Below, piece after piece: positions 47,901-64,000 of a DNA stretch of 64,000 nt. The notes below the pieces were generated by a model. The model had not been told where the DNA came from, searched no databases, and saw nothing but the letters and a program-made list of their open reading frames with translations. This stretch comes from the human T2T-CHM13v2.0 reference genome, Homo sapiens. The DNA lies in NCBI RefSeq assembly GCF_009914755.1, contig NC_060926.1. One strand, 5' to 3'. Numbering within the stretch: position 1 is the first letter of the stretch; each line of letters opens with the position of its first letter. A program made the position numbers and the translations under genes.

Positions 47901-49089
47901 ACCTAAATTTAACAGTGTTTTCACTTTTATAGGAATGTATTTCAAAATCAGTTCCCTTACTATTTTTTCTCTTCTTTTGCTGCCTCTCTAGCCTAAGTTT
48001 TGGTCTCCTGAAACTGTCTGATTTCCCAGGCTTGTCTTTCTTCTCATATTTCCTCCTATACCTTTCTGGATAGGACTGCCTAAAAGTAATGAAAGTAAAG
48101 CAGAGTGAATAAAATTATAAAAAATTAAATAAAATATAGAAGACCAAGTGTGGACAGACAAGGACATAAGCGCAAAGGCCTTCTTTTATTTCCAATCTAT
48201 CCCTTGCAAGATTACCGTAAATTTCTGTCATTTTTAAGTAGGATTATATTATCTCATTTTACTTATAGCTATCATAGTCCCTGAAAGCATTTTATCCCTA
48301 TTGCACTGAAGACATTGTTTCCTGGGGGACAAAAAACTGAGATGTACGAGAAATTTACAGTCAGAACTTCTATAGTTGAGTCACAGTTTCATATCCTACT
48401 GACGTGCTGACTTTTGGAGTAACTTTCTAATCATTATTGGTTAACTTTCTTTATATTTTAAAGGGAGAAAGTGATAGCATGCTTCAGATGTAACAGTGTT
48501 TGGTAAACATAAGTATATATCAGTTTTTGTCATTGGGGAAATATTCATAGATCAAAAAATGTGATTTCAACAGAATATATCATAAGATCAGGAATGGGAT
48601 TTCCAAATGGCTTTGATGACTTCTTCCTCAATTTCATCAAAACGCCAGTCTAATGGAGAAGCTTCCAGAACCTCTTGGATATCTTAAATGATAGATGACT
48701 GTTATCTGGCACACAAAACCATCTCTGACTCTAGTTGTGGTCATTAACATGTGGGCCCAGAAACAGGCAAAAACCTAATATGAATCATTAAGGGTTGAAA
48801 GAAACCAAACCATAGTGGGAGCAATGTTTGGGCCACTGGTTGAGCTCAGCCATGCCAGTTTTTCAGGCACCGTTACTGAAAGATGTCGTGTTCTTACCTG
48901 CTTAGCATTCAAAGATTACTGATTCTTTAACTATAAATAATTTTAAAAATCAACTTTTGGAATTCTAAAAATGTATATTTTTATAACCATCTCAAGTTTT
49001 TTGAGGAACAATGAGTAAACAAACTGCAAAAACCCACAAATTAGGAGAAATTAATGAATGAGTTATTCACTAGCACAATTTTATGCAAC

Positions 49090-49345
49090 AGGAGGCATCA
49101 TGAAGAAGAGAAAAAGCATGGAACTGATAAGCACATTGAGACTGGATGGTAAAATTGTGATTCCAAAGGTCTCAATACTACAGAACAATTCATTTAAGTA
49201 CATTGAGCAATTCATTTAACATCTCTGAGATTATTTCCTCATTGGAAAAATGGGAGTAATACCTACAAGACAATAAAATAAAATGTAGGTGCAAATACCT
49301 AGCACAGAACTAGCTCACAAAAGGCCCTCAGTAATGTATGTTAAA
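49090..49345 (+). mobile_element. MIR SINE
   Basis: ttgagcaattcatttaacatctctgagattatttcctcattggaaaaatgggagtaatacctac. Confidence 0.7.
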
Positions 49346-50139
49346 TCATTAATATAAATATGATCCAAGATAATCAGATTAATTCTGACTTGATTCATAG
49401 GTAAAGTGGTCACTGAACTTTTTTCTCACCTGAAAACTAATAAAGGCATACTGAAGGGACAGTTGTTGAAGTCTCTCCTTAGTGAAGGTTAGACTTTGCT
49501 ACAGATGGTAAGCGAACATCAAGTTTTCAGACATGGGATTTTTTTTATGAAGTTAGAAAAAAATATGGTGTCTTATTATGCAACATTTAAGCAGATTAGT
49601 TTTTTGTCTATAGGATTAGGTGAACTAAAAGTATTAGTTCATAAATATATTTGATTTTTCTGAAAAGTCACAATTGCAAGAAAGGCCAAAATATTATTAC
49701 TTGAATGTATTTTCATTATACAGTATACAATAGATGAAGAAAAGATAACGTGAAAAAATTAAAATATGCAAATAATGCAACTTCTTAATTTTTGAGAAAT
49801 AATTTTGAATATTAATGTTTGAATTTTCTAATATTTAAAAACCTAACAATATGTATACTCATGAAGCCTGGCACAAACTAGGTACTAAATAATATTTGCT
49901 GAATAAATGAATAAGATGTTTCTTAAAGCCTTGCTCAAACTAAAAAGGTTAAGAGAAAGAAATAGGAAATTACATGTGTGAAGAAAAAAAACTAATCTAG
50001 AAAATTGTAATAAGATATTTATAGGAAATATCAGTGCAGTGGCACCTGTAGTGATTCACAAATGAAACATTAGGCAAGTTTTGGCAGTTGCTCATAATTT
50101 TTTGAAAAGTGTTTCTGTAAATCTATGTCTAATATATAT

Positions 50140-50900
50140 TATGATTGGATCTAGAGGGCCTATGATGATTCCCAGCCTATTCAGATGAGAGGGCCAAATC
50201 CTTGATTATTTTAATTATACATTTTGAAAAGTTTCAGTCTCTCAGAAAGAGATTTTTTCATTCCATGATTAATAGTCAAGAAGTTACCTAAATATGTTCT
50301 TTTTTAAAGACTCATACAGATATCCCAACCTGCCTTAACAAGCCATTACAGAAATGCACTTCCCTGTGTTTCATGACATTCTTTACAGAATTCATATTTC
50401 TCACACTGTTAGTTAATTGTATTTTTCATGACTGTCCATAATGGAGAAAGAAAATAGCTGCAAATGCCCTTTGCATAGTTACTTGGAGATCATTACATAT
50501 TAAATTGCCTTTTACACTTTGGTTCTTCACACCAAGCAACACCACTTCTTTTTCTCAGAGGTCTAATTTTCCAAGCTAATCATCCTTGTGGTCGTCCTCT
50601 GAACTGGCCAATTTTTCCACATCTTTCTTTAGATAAAGTTCCAGAGCAGCTCACTGGGGCCTAATGGAAGTCTGGAGGGCTCAATGATATATATATTTTT
50701 TCTAAGCTAATTAAGTGCTGAATAAGCATTCTGGTATAAAAATTAATACTATTTAAATTTTCAATGAAATTGTACAGAGCAATGTGAAGCTCTTGTCTAC
50801 ATTCAAATGTTGGTCTCAAATTATCCATTGAGAGAGGATTCAATAACACAGATAAACTGGAAATTTGTCTAAAGAAGGATGAAAATGATACTTAGGAATG
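50140..50900. mobile_element. Possible L3/CR1 remnants
   Basis: catccttgtggtcgtcctctgaac...cacatctttcttt and gataaactggaaatttgtctaaag loosely resemble the CR1 3' region. Confidence 0.35.
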
Positions 50901-51669
50901 AAAAATTTATACTGATCTCATTATTAAGAAAAACTCAAATGATGGAAACCAAAGAGAGGTCTAAAAAATAATTATAATTTTCTCTCTGAGGCTAACTTCA
51001 AACTATGTAAATGAGACCTCATCCATGAGAACTTTCCTAATCCTATAACCCCTCCTTGGATTCTCATAGCTCAATTCTTCCCTCTGCCATAGTATTTATT
51101 GCACTGCTTTAGATTTTAGTTTATGAGTACTTGTCTCCTTCTTTCCACTGTCTTTCACAGTGCCACAACAGTTAAAGGATTAAATGCATATAAAAATGTG
51201 TGATAGCTTTCCTCAAATACAACATGAACTTTTACATTTGCATATGTTTATATGTTTCTTCTTTCCAGATTATTCTTCAAAGCATAGCTCCAGCATCACT
51301 TCTCTATAGCCTATCTTGATGTCTCAATTTCCATCCCAAAGACAGAATTAGTTTTTCCTTCATTTGTGTTTCTATAACAATTTATAAATATTTTTATTAT
51401 GTTAGTGATTATGCTTCAATCTAATTATTCTTTTCTATACTGTGCAATAGTCCAGGACTACTCTATATCTTATAATTCCATTTAACTATTTTATATTTTA
51501 TCTGGAGAATAAATATGTATGACATCGACTTTTTAACTATTTTATCTCTACTACTAAACTTTAAGCCTCTTGTAGGCAGATAAACATGTTTCCCCATGGC
51601 ATCCTGTAAGTAGCTATTGAATGGATGAATAAATGATAAAATAATAACAAACATTCATACATGATACTA

Positions 51670-51810
<141 letters not shown>

Positions 51811-52058
51811 TCAGCCACATGAGGAGGTGTAAGCAAACAAGCGTCAACTTAACAAATGAAGTAACATCTGCTAAAAGTCCTATTGGCAGAGTAAATTCTA
51901 AAGTTTGTTTCTCTATGTGCCAGGAGCATCAGAAACATTAAGTTTTCCATTAGGAGAAAAGATAAACTGCAGCCAGATGGCTCTCCCTGTCCTCCATTGA
52001 GTTCAATGTTAGACTCATTCTGGAAACCTCTCTCCTGCAAGACATATTCCAGCAATCT

Positions 52059-52059
<1 letters not shown>

Positions 52060-52100
<41 letters not shown>
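52060..52100. repeat. Pure A41 mononucleotide run (U41 in the pre-mRNA)
   Basis: Read directly; no adjacent recognisable retroelement body. Confidence 0.95.
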
Positions 52101-52104
<4 letters not shown>

Positions 52105-54319
52105 CAAAGTATAACTCTTCTGATGACACAGTAAAACCATTTTTACCTTTTTAAATAGGGCTGTGCCTGTTTTGTCTTTATATACAATTTTACTCTTGGA
52201 GAAGCTTTTATTTCTAAACTCTGAAAGAACTATTGTATTTTTCTTGTTGCTAAGTTACATGAATGTTCCCAATCCTTGTCCTTCAAATCCCAAGACTCTT
52301 CAATTTATTTTTGGTGAAATTTCAAAAACTACTTTGATTCCTCTTCTCCTTTTAAAATATCTGCCTTGGAGAATTAGAGAAAACATCTTTTTATGGTAGA
52401 TTTCATTTTCTTATATTATTGATCTAATATCACATCTTTTTGTAGTCTAAATTCTTTTTGAAGTAATTCTATAGGTATACAATAAAAGACACAGTTTAAT
52501 GGTAACATCCTAAAACTTTCTAATTGAAATCTCCTGGGATGGTGGTCATCCCTTCCTATATCCTTACATTTTTGTGGCTATTTGTATATTACATGTTATC
52601 AACTTATGAATTTTACAATCAATGTCTATGGCAAAATTATTATATCAATAATTAGATATCAGTCATCTATAATATGTTAAACCACCCCATCCCACTAAAA
52701 TACAGGAGGATAAAGTACTGAGTACAGACAATTTAAAATGCCATTTACAAATCATTAATAAAATTTGACGATGTTTAGCTACTTTATTATTTTGTGCTTT
52801 TGTGTCCTGTGTTACTACTCCACACCAATAGCATTACAGAGATGGCAATTTTTGATTCATTAAGTGATACATTAAAATATATTTTTACCTAAAGTGAAGC
52901 ATTCACTTTTTTCTCATTTGAATACTGTAAAGCCTTAATAAATGAAAGAAGTACAATGATGAGCTATCTTTTCTGCCGGTTAGTTTAAGACTACATCTAT
53001 TCCAAGGCAAAATAATTAAGTTTGGTTTTCCAAATGAATAGCATAAATAGATGGCTTAATTATGTATGAAATGCACATATATTGAGTTACATGGATTATG
53101 CATTTTATAAAGTGAGATAGCAGTTTGTTATGGATCAAACCTTTTATAAATTTTCTTAATTTTAAAATCACAATTACATAAAGACAGGTGATCTTTTGCA
53201 TGCTTCACTGACATAAAGCATACAAAGTACTCAACAAAGGAAACCTTCAGAATATAAAAGTCCAAATGAATTGGTATGGGAGGGTAGTAAAATTATAAAA
53301 ATAATCAAAAGCATTGTTTGCATAACAAAATTATGACAATTATAGCACACTTGAGATTATCCACTGGTTTTGGATAATAGTTTCTTGGGTGATTAAAAGT
53401 CTATGGTACTAAATGAGGGTTGTAGTTTTCATATTACTAGAACAAAGGTCACGTTTTTCTTATTCTTCTTCTCCAAAACCCACTTCCCCACACGCAGAGT
53501 TGAGGAATAAAATGTATGTCATAAAACAATCATGGAGATGGCCTATTGCCCTTTTCTTCCATAGATTTCCATTTGACAGGCTTCTGATTTTTCCTGCTCT
53601 CAGAAAAGATCCTCCTGGCAATCTCTATTACTTCTTCTGCCCTTTATTGTGACTTTCTCCATAATTTCTCTTTTTCTTTCCTGTCCTCTAGTGATTCTAT
53701 TGTGACTTTGCCAGAGTCACCCTTTCACTTGAATCAGATTTAACAATTTATAGTCTATTAAGTATGAGCTTTGGATAGGGAGCTTTCTTTCACTTGGTTT
53801 TGCTATGAAACATTTCTCACAGTTTTGTTGTATGTGTTACCTTAGCAAGTCCTGTGATCAAGAGTGAATACTCTGGGATCTAGTTTTTCCAAATCTAAAC
53901 CCCAGGACTGACACTACTATTTCTAGGCCTTAAATACTTCAACTTCCTTAAGCCTCATTTTTTAAAATATCCTCTGTAAAAGGAAAAAATAAGATTTCAT
54001 TGAGAAGCTGCAATTATAAAATGTAAAAAGACTTAGAAGGAGCTTAGACTGGTTCCCTCTTTGATGTTTCTGTGTTGTTCCTAAACTTTCACAAGAGTTT
54101 AAGCATGTTGACAGATATGGGAAGTTCTAAAGTTCCATTGCAGTTACCTATCTTTTTCATTTTTATTGCTTGAGCATTGTAGTTAAGAGTTGTTGAAATA
54201 CAGTGATTTATATGACATGGATTTGAATGCTAATCAGCCAGTAATTGACTGATTTTCATTTTTCCCTTCAAAAAGTCCTCTTTTTAGGATTTCTTCTCTT
54301 CTGGAGCCACATTTTTTAA

Positions 54320-54381
54320 CATATATATATTTAATATAATATATATATAAAATATAATATTTTATATATATATATATATAA
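54320..54381. repeat. (TA)n AT-only low-complexity tract
   Basis: Read directly. Confidence 0.85.
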
Positions 54382-54499
54382 CAAATAGGCTCCCTGGATT
54401 TTGGTAAATGTCATATTTATATTTGATTACTTTCAGTAGTTTCAAAAATGGCCATTCTATTTAACCATTTAATCAACTCAGATAAATAGACGAAAAAGA

Positions 54500-54700
54500 A
54501 AATAATGATAACATTTATGGTAGAAACTCCAACAAGATCTTACGCATTTTCTCATTTGATAATCACAACTGTCCTATAAAGTTAACACCATTATTATTCC
54601 CAATTTTCACATAAGAAAACCAATTTAGAATGATGAGATCTTTTGCCCAAGTTTGGATGTTTCAACTAGGAAGCAATGAAGTTGGGATATAAACTGGTTC
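54500..54700 (-). mobile_element. MIR SINE remnant
   Basis: tctcatttgataatcacaactgtcctat...attattattcccaattttcacataagaaaac...ttgcccaag. Confidence 0.65.
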
Positions 54701-55848
54701 TTCCTCAAAGGCTATCATAACCATCAGCCAATGTTGAAAGAAACTAGCCCATACCACAAGATGGAAGGTGGGCAATCCATCACTGGGCAGGCAAGAATTG
54801 CACCAGTCTTTTACAAGATACGTAAGTTGATCATCTTTCAAACTAGCCCCATGCTTATGGTTTCCTGGGGTGCCATAATTACTGCAAAATACATTAAAAA
54901 CTAAGTTAATTTAACAGATTTGATTTTATAATGTAAATATGAAATATGCTAAATATAAAAAACAGTGTGGTAATCAGTGTTTCCTCAGGAAACCTGTATT
55001 TTTCTTTTGGTTAGCTTTCATTGTTTTTGTAGAAATGAGATAGAAACTGGTGTATACATACACATGTTTATAAATTTCATATTTCTGAAAAGCTAAAAAC
55101 TGTAATATTAAATAAAAACAATGGTGTTCTGGGAAAAAAACAAACAAACAAAAAATCAAGATGAAAAATCAGATACCTTACGTTCTAGCATTGGCTTGAG
55201 TCCTATATAGTGTTGCGAGTTTAGCCCATACTTAATTAAACCAGTTCCCTATATTTATAAGATGCTGCTATTACACAAAATGATTTCTATAATTTCCTCT
55301 TTAGTATTGCACATATATATTCAATAAACTTTTAATGTAATATTCACTTAATGAAATTAGTCTATTGTGTTTCATTTTAATTTGTCTATTGTGTTTTGTT
55401 TCATTTATCAATTGCTGAATGCAAAAGCAAGCATATTTTGATCTGAGGTATTTTATGTTCATAATATTGGGAACAAGCATAAATATGATTCAATGAGACA
55501 AGCAGCAAATAATTTCCAATTCATTTCCAAATTACAAGCCAAAGTTACCTCACAAAATTAAATGCTAAAATTTTCCTGAAAAATGATTAAATTCTTATTT
55601 AAAATTTTTTATACTTATGCTTCTAATATTAATATTTTCCCTTATATTTTATGGATGGAATTGGTTTTGGACATCTTGCAAAGAAGAGACATGTCAATAT
55701 CATTATGATCTATATATTTTTATTTTTCTCGTGTAAAATGCAAAATTCCAATGTTATTTATTGGATCCAGTGGGATAATTCATGAGGCACATGAGGAAAT
55801 GAAAGAACTTCAAAACTATACTTTCCAAATCTATTGAAAATACTTTCA

Positions 55849-56156
55849 GGCCGGGTGCAGTGGCTCATACCTGTAATCCCAGCACTTTGGGAGGCCGAGG
55901 CAGGCAGATCACCTGAGGTCAGGAGTTCGAGACTAGCCTGACCAACATGGAGAAACCCTGTCTCTACTAAAAATACAAAATTAGCCCGGCATGGTGGCGG
56001 GCACCTGTAATCCCAGCTACTTGGAGGCTGAGGCACAAGAATTGCTTGAACCTGGGAGGTGGAGGTTGTGGTGAGCTGAGATCAGGCCATTGCACTCCAG
56101 CCTGGGCAACAGGAGCAAAACTTAGACTCAAAAAAAATAAATTAAAAAAAAAAAAA
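55849..56156 (+). mobile_element. AluSp-like element
   Basis: GACCAACATGGAGAAACCC diagnostic; full length. Confidence 0.92.
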
Positions 56157-56158
56157 GA

Positions 56159-56540
<382 letters not shown>

Positions 56541-57249
56541 TTATAACATTGATGAAGGACAAGAATGACACATCAAATAGTATGTTATAATAAAGTGATT
56601 TTATGAATATATGAAATATTATGCAACCAGGTACTTACTAGCTTCTACTACTGGTAATGTTATTATTGAAATTCCAGATAAAATTAAAAATACTTAATTT
56701 AAAATACTGCTTAGATTATCTAAAACCTGGCAGAACACTTTCAAAACCACTTCAAATAGAAACTACAGTGGTAGTTTTTCTATTGGGCTAAGCACTTGTC
56801 AAAGACAGAAACAAGCCATTCCTATATACAAATAGACATAAAAGTGAGTAGAAAAAACAAACAAACAAACAAACAAAAAACAAACAAAAAAAAAAACAAG
56901 AAAACTTGCACTCCAGATGAAATTTATAGAGAAGTATGAGAGGAAAATAAAAAATATTATTGGGATACATGGAGAGGAAGATTACTTATAACAATCCCCT
57001 TCATAAAGAAAACTGCAATATATTTCTCAATTTTGCTTAACTGTAAATTGCTATAATAAGAATTGTCCGAGTATGTTTTTAAAAATGCATACAATAGTAA
57101 ACTATGTATTTGAACTCGTAATTTCAAATAAAATTATTTTTCCTTAAAAGAATTCGTCTATGTGTTGTCTCCTTTATGCAACAAGAGCTCTCCTTAAAAA
57201 TCCTGGCCTGCATTTTACCATTTTCTTATAATTTTAAAAATCAGAGCTA

Positions 57250-57599
<350 letters not shown>

Positions 57600-57614
57600 C
57601 TAGAAGAAGCCTTA

Positions 57615-57764
<150 letters not shown>

Positions 57765-58236
57765 TCAAGGGGAAATAAAACAGAGGATTGTGTCAAAACT
57801 TAAAATCTTCCTAGGTAATGCTATTTCTAAAGGAGTTCACTTAAAAGAGATATATGGCAAATAACTTTGGTGGCCTATCCCATCGTCATGTCCCATCCTA
57901 CCCACAACTTCTTCTATATTGCAGAGTCCTAGTAGCTGTGTTTGTACAGCAATCTTGCATTTTTCATAAGGTTAAACAAAAGTGAATTGCCTATATAAAA
58001 ACTATTGGGAGGACAGGTGATATAAATTATCCGTCCAAGCTAAAGAATAAACCACACTTCTCTCAAGCCAATGCTTTGCTCCACTAATAAATAAAATATT
58101 TTGGCTTCTCAGTTTGAGAGCTTCATGAAGAAATAGAAAACAATATTGTCCTGAAACAAAAAAAGTATTAAAAGAGGAAGAGAAAGAAAAAGAATAATTT
58201 ATAGAGGGTAAGAAGGGGAGAAAGGAATAGAAATAA

Positions 58237-58544
<308 letters not shown>

Positions 58545-60561
58545 AAAATATAAGTTTTCTACAGGACCCTGCTGTATTCTGGCTAGGTCTACCTTGCTAT
58601 TAGTCAAGTCATCACATGTAAGGAAGAAGTTTTGAAAGAATATTCAGCAAATTACAGTGATTATTTATGCAGAAGTGTAGAGATTAAAGCAGTAACAATA
58701 GTCTTTAGTGTTATCTCTATGTTATCTCTATTTTTTGTTGTTGTTGATGGCAGAAGGGCCAAATAATTTTTAAATTTCCACTTAAGGCTAACCATCTTTG
58801 TTTCCCTTTATACTGAATATCTTTTATTCAGGATATTATTATTTATACTGCATGACATTATTTTAGTGACGGGAGATTTGATATTGATAAGAAGAGCCAT
58901 AAATACTTCAAATGTTATCCTGAGTGTCTGAAAGTGATTTGAGGTATTTGAAACACAACTTCATGTGGTTTTCATGAAATAATAATTCTAAAGAAGATTA
59001 AAACATCAAAATCAACTTTATCTTTCCATTAGTTACCAACTTTACTTATTATGAGATGTAAAATTTTATGGCAAGAACATTTGCGAGGTGGGTTGGGATG
59101 GCACTGAATATGGTAGTGTAATATAAGCAGGGAAGTCTATCTGTGAAATCTGTGAAAGTTAACTTCTCTAACATATGCTTGACAGAGCAAATCGCCCACA
59201 CCTGTGATCCTGACTAGTTCTGAAACAGCGAAACAAATATTCCAATTCATATTTTCTTTGTTCTATATCCTGGGGTTATTAAAAAGGCCCCTATGGTAAA
59301 CTGTGTAAAAATTTTTTAAAGCAGACTTAGATCTATCAACAAATCTTGCTACTTCTTGAATAATCTCTTTCAGTATAGTTTAAGAGAGAAATGTGTGTGT
59401 ATGTGTGTCTGTGTGCAGCAGTTTTATTGAAGTATACATAGCATACAATATACTGCTCATATATAAAGTATACCATTTGATAAGTGCTGACATCATGAAC
59501 CACATCTACAATCAAGATAATTAATGTATTCATTATCTCCAAATGATTCCTCATGACCTTATGTAATCCTTGCCTCCTGCACCATCCTCCTTAGACAATT
59601 ATTGGTCTGCTTTCTGTTACTCACTGTACATTAGTTTGCATTTTCTACAATTTTTAATAAATGAAATTATACAGTATATTTTCTGTTTTTATATAGTTTC
59701 TTTCATTTATATAATTAGGTTGAGTTTCATCTATGTTACTGCATGTATCAATAGTTTATTCACTTTTATTACTGAGTATATTCTATTGTATGGATATATG
59801 AAATTTATAATCCATTCACCTATTGACAGACATTTAGACTGTTCCATTTTGGATGTTAAAAATAGTAGTAGTAGATTACTATGAATATATGTGTAAAAGT
59901 CTTTGTATGGGCATACACTTTCTTGTCCTTTAGATAAATACCCAGGAGAGGAATGGCTGGACAATATGGTAGGTATATGATTAACTTTTTAAGAAACTGT
60001 CAAATTGTTTTTCAAAGTAGTTGTACCATTTTACATTCCTACCATCTATGAACACAACTCAAAATTTAGTTTCCCTACATCTTCACCAACACTGATGTGG
60101 TCAGTTTGTTCAATTTCAAACTATCTAATTTGAATGTAGTAGTTCCTGATTGTGGTTTTGATTCACATTTTCCTAATGATTAAAAATGTTGAATATCTTT
60201 TAATGTGTTTATTTTTACATATCTCGTTTGGTCAAGTGCCACCAAATCTTTTGCCCATTTTATATTGTATTGATTGTTTCTTATTAATGAGTATTGAGAG
60301 TCTTTTATATATTCTGCAACTATTTTCTCCCAATTTTAGCCATGTCTTTCCATTCTTTTAATACTGTCTTTTGAAAGTAGAAGTTTTTCATTTTGATAAT
60401 TTATCAACTTTTTTTTTGAATCATACTTTTGACATCATATCTAAAAAGTTTTCGGTGTGTCCAACCCAGGTTCACAAAGGTTTCCTCTGGTATTTTCTAA
60501 GTTTTATAGGTTTCACAATTATCCATATGATTCATTTAGAGTTAATATGCACATATGGTAC

Positions 60562-60615
60562 TGTATTAGTCATGGTTCTCCAGAAAACCAGAACCATTAA
60601 GAGATTTTATACACA

Positions 60616-60666
<51 letters not shown>

Positions 60667-61128
60667 TGGCTCACACAAGCAGGAAAACTGAGAAGTTTCA
60701 CCATCTTCCACCTGAAAGCTGGAGACCTATGGAAGCCAGTGGTGCAGTCCCCATCTGAGTCTAAAGGCCTGAGATCTGAGAGGACTGATGATAAAAATTC
60801 TGGTCCAAGTCCAAAGGCCTAAGAACCAGAAGCATCAATGATGTAAGTTCCATTCCAAGAGTAGGAGAAAGATCAATGTTCTAGCTCAAGTAGCCAAGCA
60901 GAGAGAGTGAATTCTCCCTTCTTTCAACTTTTTATTTTATTTGGACCCTCAGTGTACCAGATGATGCCCACCCACACTGGTGAGGGCAATCTGTTTCACT
61001 TAGTATACCAATTCAAATGCTAACCTCATTTAGAAACATCCTCACAGACATGTCCAGAAATGATATTTAAAAAAATATCTGGTCAACCCATTCCCCAGTT
61101 AGGTTGATATATAAAATGAACAATCACA
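60562..61128 (-). mobile_element. MLT2B-like (ERVL) solo LTR, same orientation as ERBB4
   Basis: Minus strand reads TGTGATTGTTCATTTTATAT...GGAGAACCATGACTAATACA; perfect 5-bp TSD GGTAC (60557-60561, 61129-61133). Confidence 0.9.
60617..60664. repeat. Perfect (CA)24, (UG)24 in the pre-mRNA
   Basis: Read directly. Confidence 0.95.
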
Positions 61129-62669
61129 GGTACTATGTAAGGATCTATTCAGTTTTTGTATATGGATATTCAATATTTCCAGTATCATTTGTTGAAAAGA
61201 TATCCTTTCTGTATGAAATTTGCATATTTATAAGAAATAAGTTGTTCATACATTTCTGGTTCTCTACTCTCTTCCATCTATTTCTCTCTCATAGTATTTT
61301 TCCATAATTTTACTTTTAATGTACTTGTGCTTTTATATTTGAAGTCCATGTCTTGTAAGCAGCAATCATTGAGGCTTGTTTTTCTTTATTCCAATCTGAT
61401 AATCTCTGCCCTTTAATTAGGGTGTTTAAACCATTTACATTTAATGTAATAATTGAAATAATTAAGTTGAAATAATTTATCTTAGTTTTTTTTTTCCTGT
61501 TGGTCCATTCTGTTCTCTTCCTCCTTTTCTTCTTTTCTCTTATGTTTTGGATAAATTGATTATTAAAATGATTTTATTTTATTTCTATTTATGTTTTTCT
61601 GCATATGTGGCTTATGAGCTCTATAACTTTTGATTCACTATTTTATCTTTTGGGTTTATAATATAAATATTTTAAATTTAATATTTTATTCTGAAATAAT
61701 TGTATATTAATGTGTAGTTGTAAGTAATGATACAGAGAGATACCGTGTTATAGATACCCAGTTTTATCTCATAAGATCTTAGAAAGTTTATAGTACAGTA
61801 ACACAACCGGACATTGGCATTGATATAGGCAAAATACAGATTTCCTCATAGCAAGAATCCTTAATTTTGTACTTGTATCTTCACACTGACTTGTCTCCCA
61901 CCTTCCCTTTAAACTTACCCATTAGAGCTCCATTGCTGCAACCTCTAATCTCTTCTCCATTACTATAATTTGGTAATTTTAAAATTTATATAAATGGAAT
62001 TGTACAGTATGTAATTTTTCATAATTGGCATTTTTGTCAATTAGAATACATATGCAGAGATTCATCCAGGTTGTTGTGTTTATTGTTTGTTTCTTTTTAT
62101 TGACCATAGTATTTCATAGTATGGGTTACTACAATTTGTTTATCTATTTACCCATGAAAGGATATTTGGGTTGTTTCCAGTTTGGAGCTACTACAATTAG
62201 GGCTACTATAAACATTTGTGTATATGATTTTGCATAAATATAATTTTCATTTTTCTGTAATAAATTCTCGGGAGTTAATTGCTGGGTTATATGGTAGTAA
62301 CACTTTAGTCAGGGTTTTTTTTTTTTTTAAGAAAGTAGCAAACTATTTTCTAGAGTGATTGTACCATTTTACACTCTCACCAACAATGTATTCATTATTA
62401 CATTTCTCTGCATCTTCTCCCACATTTGATTTCATTACTCTTTTTATTTTAGCCATTCTGATAGGTGTAGTAATATCTCATTGTGTTTTAAATTTAGATT
62501 TCCATAAAATGGCTAATAATGTCAAACATTTTTAATACGCTTATTTTTCATTTATATACTCTCCAGAGAAATGTTTCTTCGTATTTTTGACCACTGTAAT
62601 TAGATTTCGTTTATTTATTTATTTGCTATTTAGTGCTACTTTTTGTTCTTTATATATTCCATCTATCTA

Positions 62670-63612
<943 letters not shown>

Positions 63613-64000
63613 ACTATCTGATTTGAATATCTCCTCTCCTAATCTGTAGCTTATACTTTCATTCTTATCTTAGGATATTTTACAGAGCAAATGTTTTTAA
63701 TTTTGATGAAGTTGAATTTATCATTTTGTTTTTTATGGATTGTTCTTTGCATGCAAACTCTAAATTCTTTTCACCTAACTCTAAATCCCTAATGATTTCT
63801 CCATTTTTTACCTCAAAATTTTATAGCTTTATATTTTACATTTAATCTCATGACCTGTTTTGAAAGTTAATGTTTTTATAAGATGTGAGATGTAGCTTAG
63901 GGTTCGTTTATTTGCTCTATAGATGTTCATTTGCTCTGGCACTATTTGCTTTAAAGGCTACCCTTCCTCTAATTAATTGCTTTTGCACCTTTGTAAAAAA

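Noticed and set aside
48892-48930. Strong minus-strand donor CAG|GTAAGA as a recursive splice site or microexon
   Set aside because: No convincing pyrimidine tract before the CAG or the nearest upstream AG, and the host intron is only about 7.7 kb
54320-54381. AT-only quasi-palindrome as a cruciform or fragile site
   Set aside because: Short and interrupted; common in AT-rich introns

Overview
Primate (most likely human) genomic DNA, AT-rich and almost entirely intronic. It covers part of the ERBB4/HER4 receptor tyrosine kinase gene on the minus strand. Seven coding exons are present with GT-AG boundaries and compatible phases. By homology-based numbering they are exons 13, 14, 15, the alternative juxtamembrane exons JM-b (45 nt) and JM-a (75 nt), the transmembrane exon 17 and the first kinase exon 18. 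The rest is intron filled with 14 Alus (one very young Ya-lineage copy), a 5'-inverted L1PA, older L1M/L2/MIR pieces, LTRs (MLT1, MLT2B, LTR26-like), DNA transposons (MER20, MER33, MER30, Tigger3, MER5) and microsatellites. Nearly all ORFs in the supplied track are repeat-derived or spurious. I see no prokaryotic-type system, RNA gene or CRISPR array. The most interesting signals are splicing-related: (1) a compact RBFOX/MBNL/QKI-type motif arrangement around the JM-b/JM-a switch; (2) a candidate cryptic stop-containing exon just before the transmembrane exon; (3) a sense-oriented MLT2B LTR with a splice donor abutting (UG)24 upstream of exon 13; (4) inverted Alus closely bracketing exon 13. 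Repeat subfamily names come from recalled consensus sequences, not from a search.
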